64,000 bases of DNA from Vulcanimicrobiota bacterium (GTDB taxonomy: Bacteria > Vulcanimicrobiota > Vulcanimicrobiia > Vulcanimicrobiales > Vulcanimicrobiaceae). The stretch lies in contig OY970223.1 in NCBI GenBank assembly GCA_963714015.1, positions 1,088,001 to 1,152,000 on the forward strand, in the 5' to 3' direction. The position numbers and the translations under genes are program-made. Of the stretch, positions 30,480 through 39,903 are shown in pieces. The number at the start of each line of letters is the position of its first letter. Position 1 is the stretch's first letter. The notes under the pieces were generated by a model that worked only from the letters and a program-made list of their open reading frames with translations, did not search any database and was not told the DNA's origin.

Positions 30480-32588
30480 ATGCTTTCGCGCCCCGAAGTG
30501 CTGCCCGCCGCCGAGCCCGCCTTACGAATCCTGGACGATCCTTCGCTCTACTTCAGCCGCGAACTCTCGTGGCTGGAATTCAACGATCGCGTGCTGGAGG
30601 AGGCGCTGGACGACCGGACGCCGCTGCTCGAGCGCATGAAGTTCCTGGCGATTTACGGCACCAACCTGGACGAGTATTTCATGATTCGGGTCGCGGCGAT
30701 CAAGCAGCAGATCGAGGCGCAGATTCACCGCCGTTCGGAAGACGGCCGCTTACCTTCCGAGCACTTGCTGGCCATTTCCGAGCGGCTGCGGGTCTCACTT
30801 GCCCGTCAAATGCATTTGCTCAACGACGTTCTACTGCCGGAGCTCCAGGAGCGCGGCATCCGGATCTTTCGCGTCGCGGAGTTGGACGAGGAGCGCAAGG
30901 CACAGCTCGAGCGCGCCTTCGACGACCAAGTCTTCCCGGTGTTGACTCCGCTGGCCGTCGACTCAGGCCACCCGTTTCCATACATTTCCAATCTCTCGCT
31001 CTCGCTCGCGGTCGAGCTGGAAGAAGTGACCGCCGACGGCGTCGAGCTGCACTTTGCACGGGTCAAGATTCCACAAACGCTGCCCCGGTTCGTTACGGTT
31101 GAACCTTCGGCCGTCGGCCAGCGATGGTTCGTTCTGCTCGAGGATCTGATAGCCCACCATCTGAGCGCGCTCTTCCCCGGAATGGAAGTTCGCGATTCCT
31201 ACTTGTTTCGCGTAACGCGCGATGCGGATTTGGATCTTCAAGAAGACGAAGCCGACGATCTACTGCGCGCGATCGAATCGGAGTTGCAGCGCCGCCGCTT
31301 CGGTGAGCCGGTCCGGCTGGAGATCGAACGGGGCATGCCGGAGTACATGCGCGAGCTGCTGCTCAAAGCGCTCGAACTCACGCCCATGGACTGCTACGAA
31401 ATCGACGGTCTGCTCGGGCTGGGCGATCTGTGGGCCGTCGCCGGTTTGAGCGACTACGAACATTTACACGATCCGCCTTTTACGCCGGCAATTCCGAAAC
31501 GCTTGATCGGCGTCACCGACATGTTCGCGGCAATCCGCGAATCCGATGTGCTGCTGCACCATCCGTACGACTCGTTCGACCCGGTGGTGCAATTCGTGCG
31601 GCAGGCGGCAGAAGACGAGGCGGTGCTCGCCATCAAGTCGACGCTGTACCGCACCTCCGGCAAGAATTCGCCGATCGTTCGAGCGCTGTTGGACGCTGCC
31701 GACAACGGCAAGCAGGTCGCCGTGCTGATCGAACTCAAGGCGCGTTTCGACGAAGAGAACAACATCGACTGGGCGCGGCGTTTGGAGCGCGCCGGCGTCC
31801 ACGTCGTTTACGGCTTTGCCGGCTTGAAGACGCACGCCAAAGCAACGCTCATCGTTCGCAAAGAAGATGACGGCATCCGGCGCTACATGCACTTCGGCAC
31901 CGGCAATTACAACGAAAAATCGGCGCGCTTGTATACCGACCTGAGTTTGTTCACGTGCCGCGGCGAGCTCGGCGCGGACGTCTCCCAGCTCTTCAACGCG
32001 CTGACCGGCTTTGCCAAGATTACCGACTACGAGGATCTGCTGGTGGCACCCGTCAACCTGCGCCGCGAGCTGACCGCACTCATCGAGCGTGAAACCGAAA
32101 ACGCGCGCGCGGGGCGGCCCAGCGGCATCCGGGCGAAACTCAATGCGGTTACGGACGGCGAGATCGTGCGCGCTCTTTACCGGGCCTCTCAAGCGGGCGT
32201 GCCCATCGATTTGCACGTCCGGGGTATGTGCGTTCTTCGTCCAGGCATTCCGGGCGTCAGCGAACACGTGCGCGTGCGCAGCATCGTCGGACGCTTTCTG
32301 GAACATTCGCGCATTTACGTTTTCGAGAACGGCGGCGATCGTGAAATCTACATCGGATCGGCCGACTGGATGGGACGCAACTTGGACCGCCGCGTGGAAA
32401 CGGTCGTTCCCGTTCTGGATCCGCTGCTCGCCGAAACGATCTACGGACACATCCTGGCGGTGCTCTTCGCCGACAACGTCAAAACGCGCGAGCTGCAAAC
32501 TGACGGCAGTTACCGTCGTCTTCGCCCGTCGGGAGAGATGCCCATCAACGCGCAGCAGGTCTTCCTTACTCAAGCGTCCGCGCTATGA
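30480..32588 (+). CDS. ppk1: Polyphosphate kinase 1
   Basis: RELSWLEFNDRVL, NLDEYFMIRV, HPFPYIS, HHPYDSF, ELKARFDEENN, GRFLEHSR. Confidence 0.97.
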   Translation: MLSRPEVLPAAEPALRILDDPSLYFSRELSWLEFNDRVLEEALDDRTPLLERMKFLAIYGTNLDEYFMIRVAAIKQQIEAQIHRRSEDGRLPSEHLLAISERLRVSLARQMHLLNDVLLPELQERGIRIFRVAELDEERKAQLERAFDDQVFPVLTPLAVDSGHPFPYISNLSLSLAVELEEVTADGVELHFARVKIPQTLPRFVTVEPSAVGQRWFVLLEDLIAHHLSALFPGMEVRDSYLFRVTRDADLDLQEDEADDLLRAIESELQRRRFGEPVRLEIERGMPEYMRELLLKALELTPMDCYEIDGLLGLGDLWAVAGLSDYEHLHDPPFTPAIPKRLIGVTDMFAAIRESDVLLHHPYDSFDPVVQFVRQAAEDEAVLAIKSTLYRTSGKNSPIVRALLDAADNGKQVAVLIELKARFDEENNIDWARRLERAGVHVVYGFAGLKTHAKATLIVRKEDDGIRRYMHFGTGNYNEKSARLYTDLSLFTCRGELGADVSQLFNALTGFAKITDYEDLLVAPVNLRRELTALIERETENARAGRPSGIRAKLNAVTDGEIVRALYRASQAGVPIDLHVRGMCVLRPGIPGVSEHVRVRSIVGRFLEHSRIYVFENGGDREIYIGSADWMGRNLDRRVETVVPVLDPLLAETIYGHILAVLFADNVKTRELQTDGSYRRLRPSGEMPINAQQVFLTQASAL

Positions 32589-33050
32589 GTTCAGGGGTTT
32601 CTTAGACAGCTCCAGCACGATCTTCCACTCGTGCGGCATAACGGGCTGAACCGATAGTCGCTGCCCTTTCTTGAGCAGTTCCATTCCGACCAGCCTCGGT
32701 TCGGCACGCATTCGCGCGATCGTAACCGGGTTTTTCAGCGGTTCGACGTACTCGACGTCCACCATCCGCCACATCGGCTTTGAGGGAGTGCTGCGCGGGT
32801 CGTAGTAATCGCCGCCTTTCTTCCAGGCGGTGAAGTCGGGATAGGCCTCCTTGACGACGCGGCAGATCCCCACGGCGGCCGGTTCGTCGATGCTGGAATG
32901 ATAGAAGAACCCCAAGTCGCCGATCCGCATTTCCATCATGTTGTTGCGCGCCTGGTAATTGCGCACGCCGCTCCACGGCGTAATCCGATCCTTCGAGAGT
33001 TGCTCGAAGCCATAGGCGTGCGGCTCGCTTTTGAACAACCAGTAGCGCAT
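32583..33050 (-). CDS. EVE domain protein
   Basis: YWLFKSEP, WSGVRNYQARN, FFYHS, QRLSVQPV. Confidence 0.93.
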   Translation of the reverse strand: MRYWLFKSEPHAYGFEQLSKDRITPWSGVRNYQARNNMMEMRIGDLGFFYHSSIDEPAAVGICRVVKEAYPDFTAWKKGGDYYDPRSTPSKPMWRMVDVEYVEPLKNPVTIARMRAEPRLVGMELLKKGQRLSVQPVMPHEWKIVLELSKKPLNS

Positions 33051-34377
33051 GCGAGTGTTTTTCGCCGTGCTGCTGCTGCTTTGCTTGCTGCCCGGAGCGG
33101 CACGCGCGGATCAGCGCTGGCTGGTTGTGAGCGATATCCATCTCAATCCTTACGACGCCTCGCCGCAGCCCGCACCCTATCACACCGATTCCAACTGGGC
33201 CCTCGTGCGGTCCGCTCTCGAGCGAATGCACACCGTCGATCCGGATCCGGGCGTGGTCTTCATCGCGGGCGATTTTCTGGCGCACCGGTGGGCCGACAAG
33301 GTTCATGCGGCGGGATTCGCGTCGTCGGAGGATCAGGCGCTGGCGACCATGCGCCGCATCGCAGCAGCGTTCGGAGAGCGCTTTCCCAAAGCGCAATTCG
33401 TCGTCACGGTCGGAAACAACGACGATCCTTGCGGCGACTATCGCACCGCACCGGGAACGGCGTACATGCAGAAACTGGCGCGGATTTGGGGACCGCTGGT
33501 CGATCGGCACGGCGCCGCGCCGGATTTCGTTCGTGATTTCTCACGGACCGGCGCATATGCGGCGCGCTTGCCGATTCCGGGCCTGAAGGCAGTGGAGATC
33601 GACGACATCTATTGGTCGTTCGTCTATCGGCCGTGCGGCGCCGCGCAGAACCCCGATCCCGGCCGAGTTCAGCAACAGTGGCTCGAACGGCAGACGGCAA
33701 CGCGCGGGAGCCGCAGTATTCTGCTGATGCACATTCCACCCGGCGCCGATCCGGTGAGCACGATGCTGACGCACCGATTCTTAATAGTGCCGTTTACCGC
33801 CGACAGATGGAGCAGCGCATACGAGCGGTTTGCTCGTTCCAATAAACGCCGCATCGCTTTTGCGCTCGCGGGCCACGTGCATCGCGACGAGTTCCGCATT
33901 CTGGGCGGCGTGCCGATGCTGGTCGCTCCCTCGATCTCGCCAATCTACGACAACAACCCCGCGTTCCTTACGATCGACGTCGCGCCGGACGGCACGTTGC
34001 ACGACTACCGGAATTACGCGTACCAGGACTACTCCGGCACTTGGGTGCCCCCGGTCGACTTCGACGCGCTTGAAGGAACGCGCCGGTTTACCGCACCGCA
34101 GCTCGAGGATTTGCGCCGGCGGTTGCAGCGCAACGAGCGGCTGCGCGATGGTTGGGCGACGCTCCAGATGAGCGGCATGCCGGATCGCACCACCGAGCTC
34201 GCATGGCGAATGTTCTGGTGCGCGCAGACGGACTTTGGTGCAGCCTACGCGGCGTGCGCCGGATCGCAGCGCCGCGTCGCCGCGGTGCCGGTAATCGCCG
34301 GTTTGCTCGGCGCGGCCGTGCTGGGCGGCATCGCGCTGATCGCCCTGCGACTCGCGCGGCAGCGTCGCGCCCGCTGA
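33049..34377 (+). CDS. Secreted, C-terminally anchored calcineurin-like metallophosphoesterase (ASMase/Ppn1-like)
   Basis: SDIH, AGDFLAH, VGNND, MHIPPG, GHVH, APSISP; signal peptide and C-terminal TM. Confidence 0.85.
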   Translation: MRVFFAVLLLLCLLPGAARADQRWLVVSDIHLNPYDASPQPAPYHTDSNWALVRSALERMHTVDPDPGVVFIAGDFLAHRWADKVHAAGFASSEDQALATMRRIAAAFGERFPKAQFVVTVGNNDDPCGDYRTAPGTAYMQKLARIWGPLVDRHGAAPDFVRDFSRTGAYAARLPIPGLKAVEIDDIYWSFVYRPCGAAQNPDPGRVQQQWLERQTATRGSRSILLMHIPPGADPVSTMLTHRFLIVPFTADRWSSAYERFARSNKRRIAFALAGHVHRDEFRILGGVPMLVAPSISPIYDNNPAFLTIDVAPDGTLHDYRNYAYQDYSGTWVPPVDFDALEGTRRFTAPQLEDLRRRLQRNERLRDGWATLQMSGMPDRTTELAWRMFWCAQTDFGAAYAACAGSQRRVAAVPVIAGLLGAAVLGGIALIALRLARQRRAR

Positions 34378-34397
34378 TATGTTATGCTCGTGGCGGC

Positions 34398-34886
34398 ATG
34401 AAGACGCAGACGCAGCGCCGAGTGATTCGCGCGACGGGTAACGGCTGGGAGGGCGTCCCGGTTGAAGGTTATCGTCCCGGCGCGGCGGTGGGGGTAGAAC
34501 GTCACACGATCGTCGGATCGCGCAAGAGTGATGAAGGGCAAGCCGGACCGTCGAAAGAGCTGCGCTATTTCGAGCTGCAGCCCGGCGCGGTTTCGCGATT
34601 GGAGAAGCACGAGCACGAGCACTTCGTTATCGTCAAGCGTGGCGTGGGCTATGCCGTCGTCGGAGAAACGCTCACCGAGATTGGACCCGACGACGTCATC
34701 TACGTCGCGCCGCTCGAACTCCACCAATTCGTCAACCGCGCCGATGAGCCGTTCGGGTTTTACTGCTTCGTCGACGCGCACCGGGACTATTCGCAAGAAC
34801 CCTCGCAAGAAGAACTCGATCGTTTGATGAGCTCGCCCGCCGGCGCGGTCGCCAGACCCTTCGCCGTGCCGCCCCCGACGCGTTAA
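34398..34886 (+). CDS. Cupin domain protein
   Basis: LRYFELQPG...EKHEHEH...HQF. Confidence 0.85.
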   Translation: MKTQTQRRVIRATGNGWEGVPVEGYRPGAAVGVERHTIVGSRKSDEGQAGPSKELRYFELQPGAVSRLEKHEHEHFVIVKRGVGYAVVGETLTEIGPDDVIYVAPLELHQFVNRADEPFGFYCFVDAHRDYSQEPSQEELDRLMSSPAGAVARPFAVPPPTR

Positions 34887-34916
34887 TTCGAAAATTTGCC
34901 GATGGTGATTCCACCG

Positions 34917-35765
34917 TCAGATGGCCGGCGTCACCATTGGGCGGGACGGATCGCTGCACCATTCGCTCCAGGAGCCGGGGTAGATGCGGCTGCCTTGCAT
35001 ACCCGCAATCTCCATCGCCAGCAAATTGACGGCCGCGCTCACCCCCGAACCGCATTGATGCACTAATCGATCAGGCGGGACGTCGAGCGCTGCGAAGTCG
35101 TTGCGAAGGTCGGCCGGCGCTTTCATCTGTCCGAACGGCCCCGTGTAATTCAAACGAAACGGGCGATTGAGCGCGCCGGGAATGTGGCCGCCGACCGGAT
35201 CGACGGTTTCATTGCGGCCCATGAACCGATCGGCTCCACGTGCGTCGACGATGGTAAACTCGTTCCCGTCCAGCGAACGCAGGACGTCGTCCGCGTTCAC
35301 GGCCAACTCGCCGCGCACGCGCGCTTGAATGGTGCCGTTACCGGGCCGCGGCGGCGCTGCGGCACTGACGGGTTTTTGCATTCCCGCCCACGCCGCAAAA
35401 CCTCCATCCAAAACAGCGACGGCATCATGACCGATGTAGCGGCACAAGAACCACATTCGCGCGGCGCTCATGTCGGCGCCCGCGTCGTAGGCGACGATCT
35501 GCGTCTGCGAATTTACCCCGAGCTCGCGCAAAAAGCCGGCGAACGTTGCGGGATCCGGCATGGGATGCCGGCCGTTTTTTCCGGTTTTGGGGCCGGCCAG
35601 TTCCGTTTCCATGTCGGCGAAGAACGCGCCGGGAACATGCACCGCATCGTACATGCGGCGTCCGGCGCCGAAGTCTTGGAGCAAATACCGGCAGTCGACA
35701 ATCACCCACTGCGGGTCGTTCAGATGCGCCGCGAGCTCCTCGACGGAGACGATCGTCGTATACAC
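34917..35765 (-). CDS. Tandem rhodanese sulfurtransferase (SseA/3-MST-like)
   Basis: HVPGA, GRHPMP, LDGG, GHIPGA, CGSGVSA, YPGSWSEW. Confidence 0.92.
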   Translation of the reverse strand: MYTTIVSVEELAAHLNDPQWVIVDCRYLLQDFGAGRRMYDAVHVPGAFFADMETELAGPKTGKNGRHPMPDPATFAGFLRELGVNSQTQIVAYDAGADMSAARMWFLCRYIGHDAVAVLDGGFAAWAGMQKPVSAAAPPRPGNGTIQARVRGELAVNADDVLRSLDGNEFTIVDARGADRFMGRNETVDPVGGHIPGALNRPFRLNYTGPFGQMKAPADLRNDFAALDVPPDRLVHQCGSGVSAAVNLLAMEIAGMQGSRIYPGSWSEWCSDPSRPMVTPAI

Positions 35766-35768
35766 GTG

Positions 35769-36125
35769 CTAGTGAAGGTTGATCGTCGTCTTCGGCTGGC
35801 CGGCAAAGCCGAACGTTTCGTGCAGGATCTTCTGCAGTTCGCCTTTCTGTGCCATCGGTCCCAGAATATCGGTGTCGCCGTAGAACTTCCCGTTGATGAA
35901 GACTTTAGGCAGCGTCGGCCAGTCGGTCATCTCCGCGAGCACTTCGCGTTTTGGCACGTTTTCGAGCACGTCGATTACTTCGAACGGATAGCCGAATCCG
36001 TCGAAAAATTGGATCGTTTCGAGCGTGAATCCGCAGCGCGGCATCGTCTTTGTGCCTTTGCCGTAGACGAGGATCTTGTTGGCGGCGATCTCGCGATCGA
36101 TCTCTTGATGAATCTGTTCGGTCAT
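35769..36125 (-). CDS. grxD: Monothiol glutaredoxin (Grx4-like)
   Basis: KGT..MPRCGFT, WPTLP. Confidence 0.85.
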   Translation of the reverse strand: MTEQIHQEIDREIAANKILVYGKGTKTMPRCGFTLETIQFFDGFGYPFEVIDVLENVPKREVLAEMTDWPTLPKVFINGKFYGDTDILGPMAQKGELQKILHETFGFAGQPKTTINLH

Positions 36126-36373
36126 AGTCTCTCACTCTGGGCTTCGGGAAGCATCGTTTTGAGTTCGACCGCGTGAACGCGGCCATCTTTGAGCGCGCCT
36201 TTGAGCGCGCCGTATACGAGCTGGTGCTGTTCGATCAGCGTCTTGCCGGAAAACTCGCCGGACTGGACGGTGATGTTGAAGTGATCCATCGTGCCCGTGC
36301 GGTCGACGATGTGCACGCGTGCGTCGGGAATGTGCGCGCGAATCAGCGCGGTGAGGGAAGCGTCGTCAATCAT
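36122..36373 (-). CDS. bolA: BolA family protein
   Basis: DHF.ITVQS..F.GK...QHQLVY.AL...HAV. Confidence 0.88.
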   Translation of the reverse strand: MIDDASLTALIRAHIPDARVHIVDRTGTMDHFNITVQSGEFSGKTLIEQHQLVYGALKGALKDGRVHAVELKTMLPEAQSERL

Positions 36374-36384
36374 TACTTCAAATC

Positions 36385-36627
36385 TTAGGGGTGCAATTGC
36401 TGGGGCGGTTCCGGACGGAACGTCTGTGCCAACGCTCGCGCCTCGCGCAAGGTTTCAGGCAAGCGCTCCGAGTGCTCGGTGATCGCCCGCGCCAGCCCGC
36501 CCGCCACGACAACGCCGGTAACGGCTATCAGAACGGCAGGGACGCCTTGCGCCCGGATGGGTCCCACCTCGAGCGAGAAACTCTTCGTCACGCGAGCGAG
36601 CCCTTTGAAGAACTTGTTGAAATTCAC
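36385..36627 (-). CDS. Small hypothetical membrane protein (80 aa)
   Basis: GTG start 6 nt after TACAAT; one hydrophobic helix; first gene of the bolA-grxD run. Confidence 0.6.
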   Translation of the reverse strand: MNFNKFFKGLARVTKSFSLEVGPIRAQGVPAVLIAVTGVVVAGGLARAITEHSERLPETLREARALAQTFRPEPPQQLHP

Positions 36628-36720
36628 CCCACTATTGTACGCCGCGGCCGCCTTAGCGCCCGCTCCATTCATCGCAGGGGACCGCGCGGAGGCGACGAGT
36701 CGAGCGAGAACCACGAGACG

Positions 36721-37689
36721 ATGAAGGCAGTACGGCTTGAACAAATCGCGGGTCCTGAGAGTCTCGTCCTGCGGGACATCCCGCAGCCGCAACCGGGACC
36801 GGGCGAGACCTTGGTGCGGGTGCGAGCCGCTGCCCTGAACCATCGTGACGTCTTTATTACAAGGGGTCTTTATCCGCGAATCGAGCTGCCGCAGACGATC
36901 GGGGCGGACGGCGCCGGCGAGGTGGACGGGCAGCCGGTCCTGGTGGATCCCACGATCGGCTGGGGCGACGAAGAGCGTGTTTGGCGGCCCGACGCGAGCA
37001 TTCTCGGCGTGCCGCGTCCCGGCACGTTCGCGGAGTTTATCGCGGTGCCCGAGACCAACGTGCATCCCAAACCGGATCATCTGAATTTTCAGGAAGCGGC
37101 CGCGCTGCCGCTTGCCGGACTTACGGCGTACCGCGCGGCCTTCACGCGCGGTGAACTCGAGCAAGGCGAAACGATACTGATTACCGGGGTCGGCGGCGGC
37201 GTGCAAACCTTCGTTCTGCTGTTTGCAAAAGCTGCCGGCGCCCGAGCAATAGTCACGTCGGGAAGCGACGAGAAACTGCGCCGGGCGCGCGAGTTGGGCG
37301 CGGACGTGGCGATCAACTACCGTACCGACCCCGATTGGAACAAGACGGCGCAGAAAGCCGGTCCCATCGACATTGCCGTCGATTCCGCAGGCGGCGAGTC
37401 GTTTGCGAAAGCGCTGTTTGCCGTGCGGCCGGGCGGGCGCGTGGTGATCTACGGCGGCACCACGGGCGAAGCGAAGATCAAAATGTTTCCAATCTTTTGG
37501 AATCAACTCGACGTTCGCGGAACGTCGATGGGCTCGCCGGCAGACTTCCGGGCAATGCTCGATTTCGTATCGGCGCATCGCATCAAACCGGTCGTCGATC
37601 GCGTTTACGAACTGGAAGAGGCGGCCGCAGCAGTAAAGCGGCTGGACGAGGCGGAGCAATTCGGAAAGATCGTTCTTAACGTCGCATGA
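36721..37689 (+). CDS. MDR-family NAD(P)-dependent oxidoreductase (quinone oxidoreductase-like)
   Basis: ALNHRD, GADGAG, TGVGGGV, GKIVL. Confidence 0.9.
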   Translation: MKAVRLEQIAGPESLVLRDIPQPQPGPGETLVRVRAAALNHRDVFITRGLYPRIELPQTIGADGAGEVDGQPVLVDPTIGWGDEERVWRPDASILGVPRPGTFAEFIAVPETNVHPKPDHLNFQEAAALPLAGLTAYRAAFTRGELEQGETILITGVGGGVQTFVLLFAKAAGARAIVTSGSDEKLRRARELGADVAINYRTDPDWNKTAQKAGPIDIAVDSAGGESFAKALFAVRPGGRVVIYGGTTGEAKIKMFPIFWNQLDVRGTSMGSPADFRAMLDFVSAHRIKPVVDRVYELEEAAAAVKRLDEAEQFGKIVLNVA

Positions 37690-37698
37690 ACGCCGGCG

Positions 37699-38625
37699 CT
37701 ATTCGATCAATTCGTAGATGCGCGCCTCGTCAAGATGCAGCATGGCGCCGAGTTCTTCCTCGACGATCGGCGCATGCTCCGGACCAACGATGCTTGCCCA
37801 AGCCGGGTTGAGCAGCGCCCGGTCTTCGTTACTCATCTCCGAAGCGCCCGATCGCGAACGCACGACCCTCTCTTCCTCGAGCGCGATGAGATATGCCAAT
37901 AACTGCCGGGCCGCGGCCGGCCAAAGAATCGGGTTCGTCTCGCGATAGACGGTTCGCACCAGCTCGGGTATCGTCTGCGGACCGCTCCGCAACACGCGAA
38001 GAATCTCTTGCTGCCGGGCGCCGCGATGGGCCAGATAGTCGCGCAGCTTTGCGGCTGGATCGCGTACCGGATCGCCATGTCCGCCGTAGATCGTTCGCGC
38101 GTCGCCGAAGTCGTCAAGCAAACGCTGAAGCGTTCGTTGGTACGGCCGCATTGCACCGCCCGGCGGCGCGATGACGACGTAGCCTTCGCCAAGCACGACG
38201 TCACCGGTAAACAGCGCGCCTTCTACCGGTTCGTAGAACACCAAATGATCGAAGGTATGTCCCGGTGCGTCCACGACGTTCAGCCGCCGGTCGCCGAGCT
38301 CGATGAGGTCGCCGTCGGAAAGGTTCACGGTGTGCTGAACCGCACTGTTGCGATGGGCGGCAACCATAGCGCCGGTGCGCTGAGCCAGAACGGCAGCCGC
38401 GGGCGCGTGGTCGGGATGGCCGTGCGTGAGCGCGATGGCCGCAATTGCGCAGCCGGATTGCGCGGCGCAATCGATCAGCGCGTCGATGTGCCGTTCAACC
38501 AGCGGTCCGGGATCGATACAGAGCGCCCGTTTGTCTGCGCAGTCGATGATATAGCTGTTCGTTCCGCTAAGCGTCATCGCCGAAGGATTGGGCGCGCGAA
38601 CCAGCGCGATGCGCGAGGTTACCAC
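37699..38625 (-). CDS. MBL-fold metallo-hydrolase (LACTB2-like)
   Basis: APNPSAMTLSGTNSY, THGHPDH, PGHT, FTGD, GGHG. Confidence 0.9.
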   Translation of the reverse strand: MVTSRIALVRAPNPSAMTLSGTNSYIIDCADKRALCIDPGPLVERHIDALIDCAAQSGCAIAAIALTHGHPDHAPAAAVLAQRTGAMVAAHRNSAVQHTVNLSDGDLIELGDRRLNVVDAPGHTFDHLVFYEPVEGALFTGDVVLGEGYVVIAPPGGAMRPYQRTLQRLLDDFGDARTIYGGHGDPVRDPAAKLRDYLAHRGARQQEILRVLRSGPQTIPELVRTVYRETNPILWPAAARQLLAYLIALEEERVVRSRSGASEMSNEDRALLNPAWASIVGPEHAPIVEEELGAMLHLDEARIYELIE

Positions 38626-39434
38626 GCGTACTCGAGTTCGGCGGGCAATACGAACTGATGCTCGCCCGGCGTCTGGGGCATGACGCTGACGATCGGTTTG
38701 GTGCGCGTGAACTCCAGCAGTTCGGAAGGGCTGCCGAAGCGCGCCAAACGTTCCACATGCTTGATTGTCGGATACACCATCCTCAAATCGCCGTCCGCGA
38801 GGCGCTTCAGCGCGGTTTGCGGTGCAATCCAGATACCGTCGTGCGTCTCTATCAAATCGGCGCTGGCGGCTTGATCCGCCGAAGCAAACGCCACGAAGAA
38901 GTGCGCGTTGTAGCGCCGCGGATAAACCGGCGGCGTGATCCACTGCGAGAATAGCGAGAGCGCGGACGCATCGGCATAAACGCCGGCCTCCTCGAGCAGC
39001 TCGTCGAAGCGCTGTTCGCCGCTATGAACCCTCCGCCGGGCCGCATGCAGCAACGGTTCCAGCGGCGCGAGATCCCCGACCGAAAGCGCGTTGCCTGCGG
39101 CGTTGCAGGCGAGCAGGACGCCCGCCTCCTCGAACAATTCGCGCACGCCGGCGATCAGCAGACCCGCGCACTCCCGCGTTGTAGGCTCGTCGACCGGGAC
39201 CGGAAGTGCGGGCGTGCGCTTCGCACGGAACTCGCGTCTCAACGCGCGTAGATCGATGCCGCGCGTCCGATCGAATGCCTGCTGGGACAGGTCGGCCGCA
39301 TCGACGGTACCGCCGGGGAAAACGTAGACGTCCGGCACGAAATGGCTGGCCTCGCTGCGCCGGAGCATGAAGACTTCGAACGGTGCGTGCTCCGCCCGGC
39401 GGACAAGCATCACCGTGGCTGCTAAACGGACCAA
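38619..39434 (-). CDS. NUDIX hydrolase (NUDT19-like)
   Basis: AATVML, VFPGG, RELFEEAG, WITP...RRY. Confidence 0.88.
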   Translation of the reverse strand: MVRLAATVMLVRRAEHAPFEVFMLRRSEASHFVPDVYVFPGGTVDAADLSQQAFDRTRGIDLRALRREFRAKRTPALPVPVDEPTTRECAGLLIAGVRELFEEAGVLLACNAAGNALSVGDLAPLEPLLHAARRRVHSGEQRFDELLEEAGVYADASALSLFSQWITPPVYPRRYNAHFFVAFASADQAASADLIETHDGIWIAPQTALKRLADGDLRMVYPTIKHVERLARFGSPSELLEFTRTKPIVSVMPQTPGEHQFVLPAELEYAW

Positions 39435-39470
39435 TGGAACCTCGGCGGAGTAGGGTACCGTTGAACCTGT

Positions 39471-39890
39471 ATGAGTACCCGATTTGTAGCAGCCTGCTCC
39501 GCCGTCCTGTTCGTCGCGCTGGCCGGAAGCTTCGCCGGAGCGCAGCAGACACCGGCGCCTACACCGCCTCCGCCTTCGGCGCCGAATCCGGTTCCCAGCG
39601 TTCCCGCGGGCATCGAACAAGATGCGATCAACGCTCTAGGCAATATCGTCAAGGGCGCATTCGGGTGGAACGACAACGAGTCTATCGGCACGATCACGTA
39701 CTATCGCGGCTACGAGATGCAACTGCGCATGCAACTGAGTCGCTACCGCGAGATCCATTTGCATAAGGGGACCGTCATCAATCCGCGCGGATGGACGCTT
39801 GCCACCGGACAGCTCGTCGACGTGCGGGGAAGGCCGCAGTCGGACGGCTCGCTCGATGCCGACATGATCGTCGTTCAAAATCCGCATTGA
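39471..39890 (+). CDS. Hypothetical secreted protein
   Basis: Signal peptide, Pro-rich linker, small beta domain. Confidence 0.65.
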   Translation: MSTRFVAACSAVLFVALAGSFAGAQQTPAPTPPPPSAPNPVPSVPAGIEQDAINALGNIVKGAFGWNDNESIGTITYYRGYEMQLRMQLSRYREIHLHKGTVINPRGWTLATGQLVDVRGRPQSDGSLDADMIVVQNPH

Positions 39891-39903
39891 TGCGAAAAAC
39901 GTA

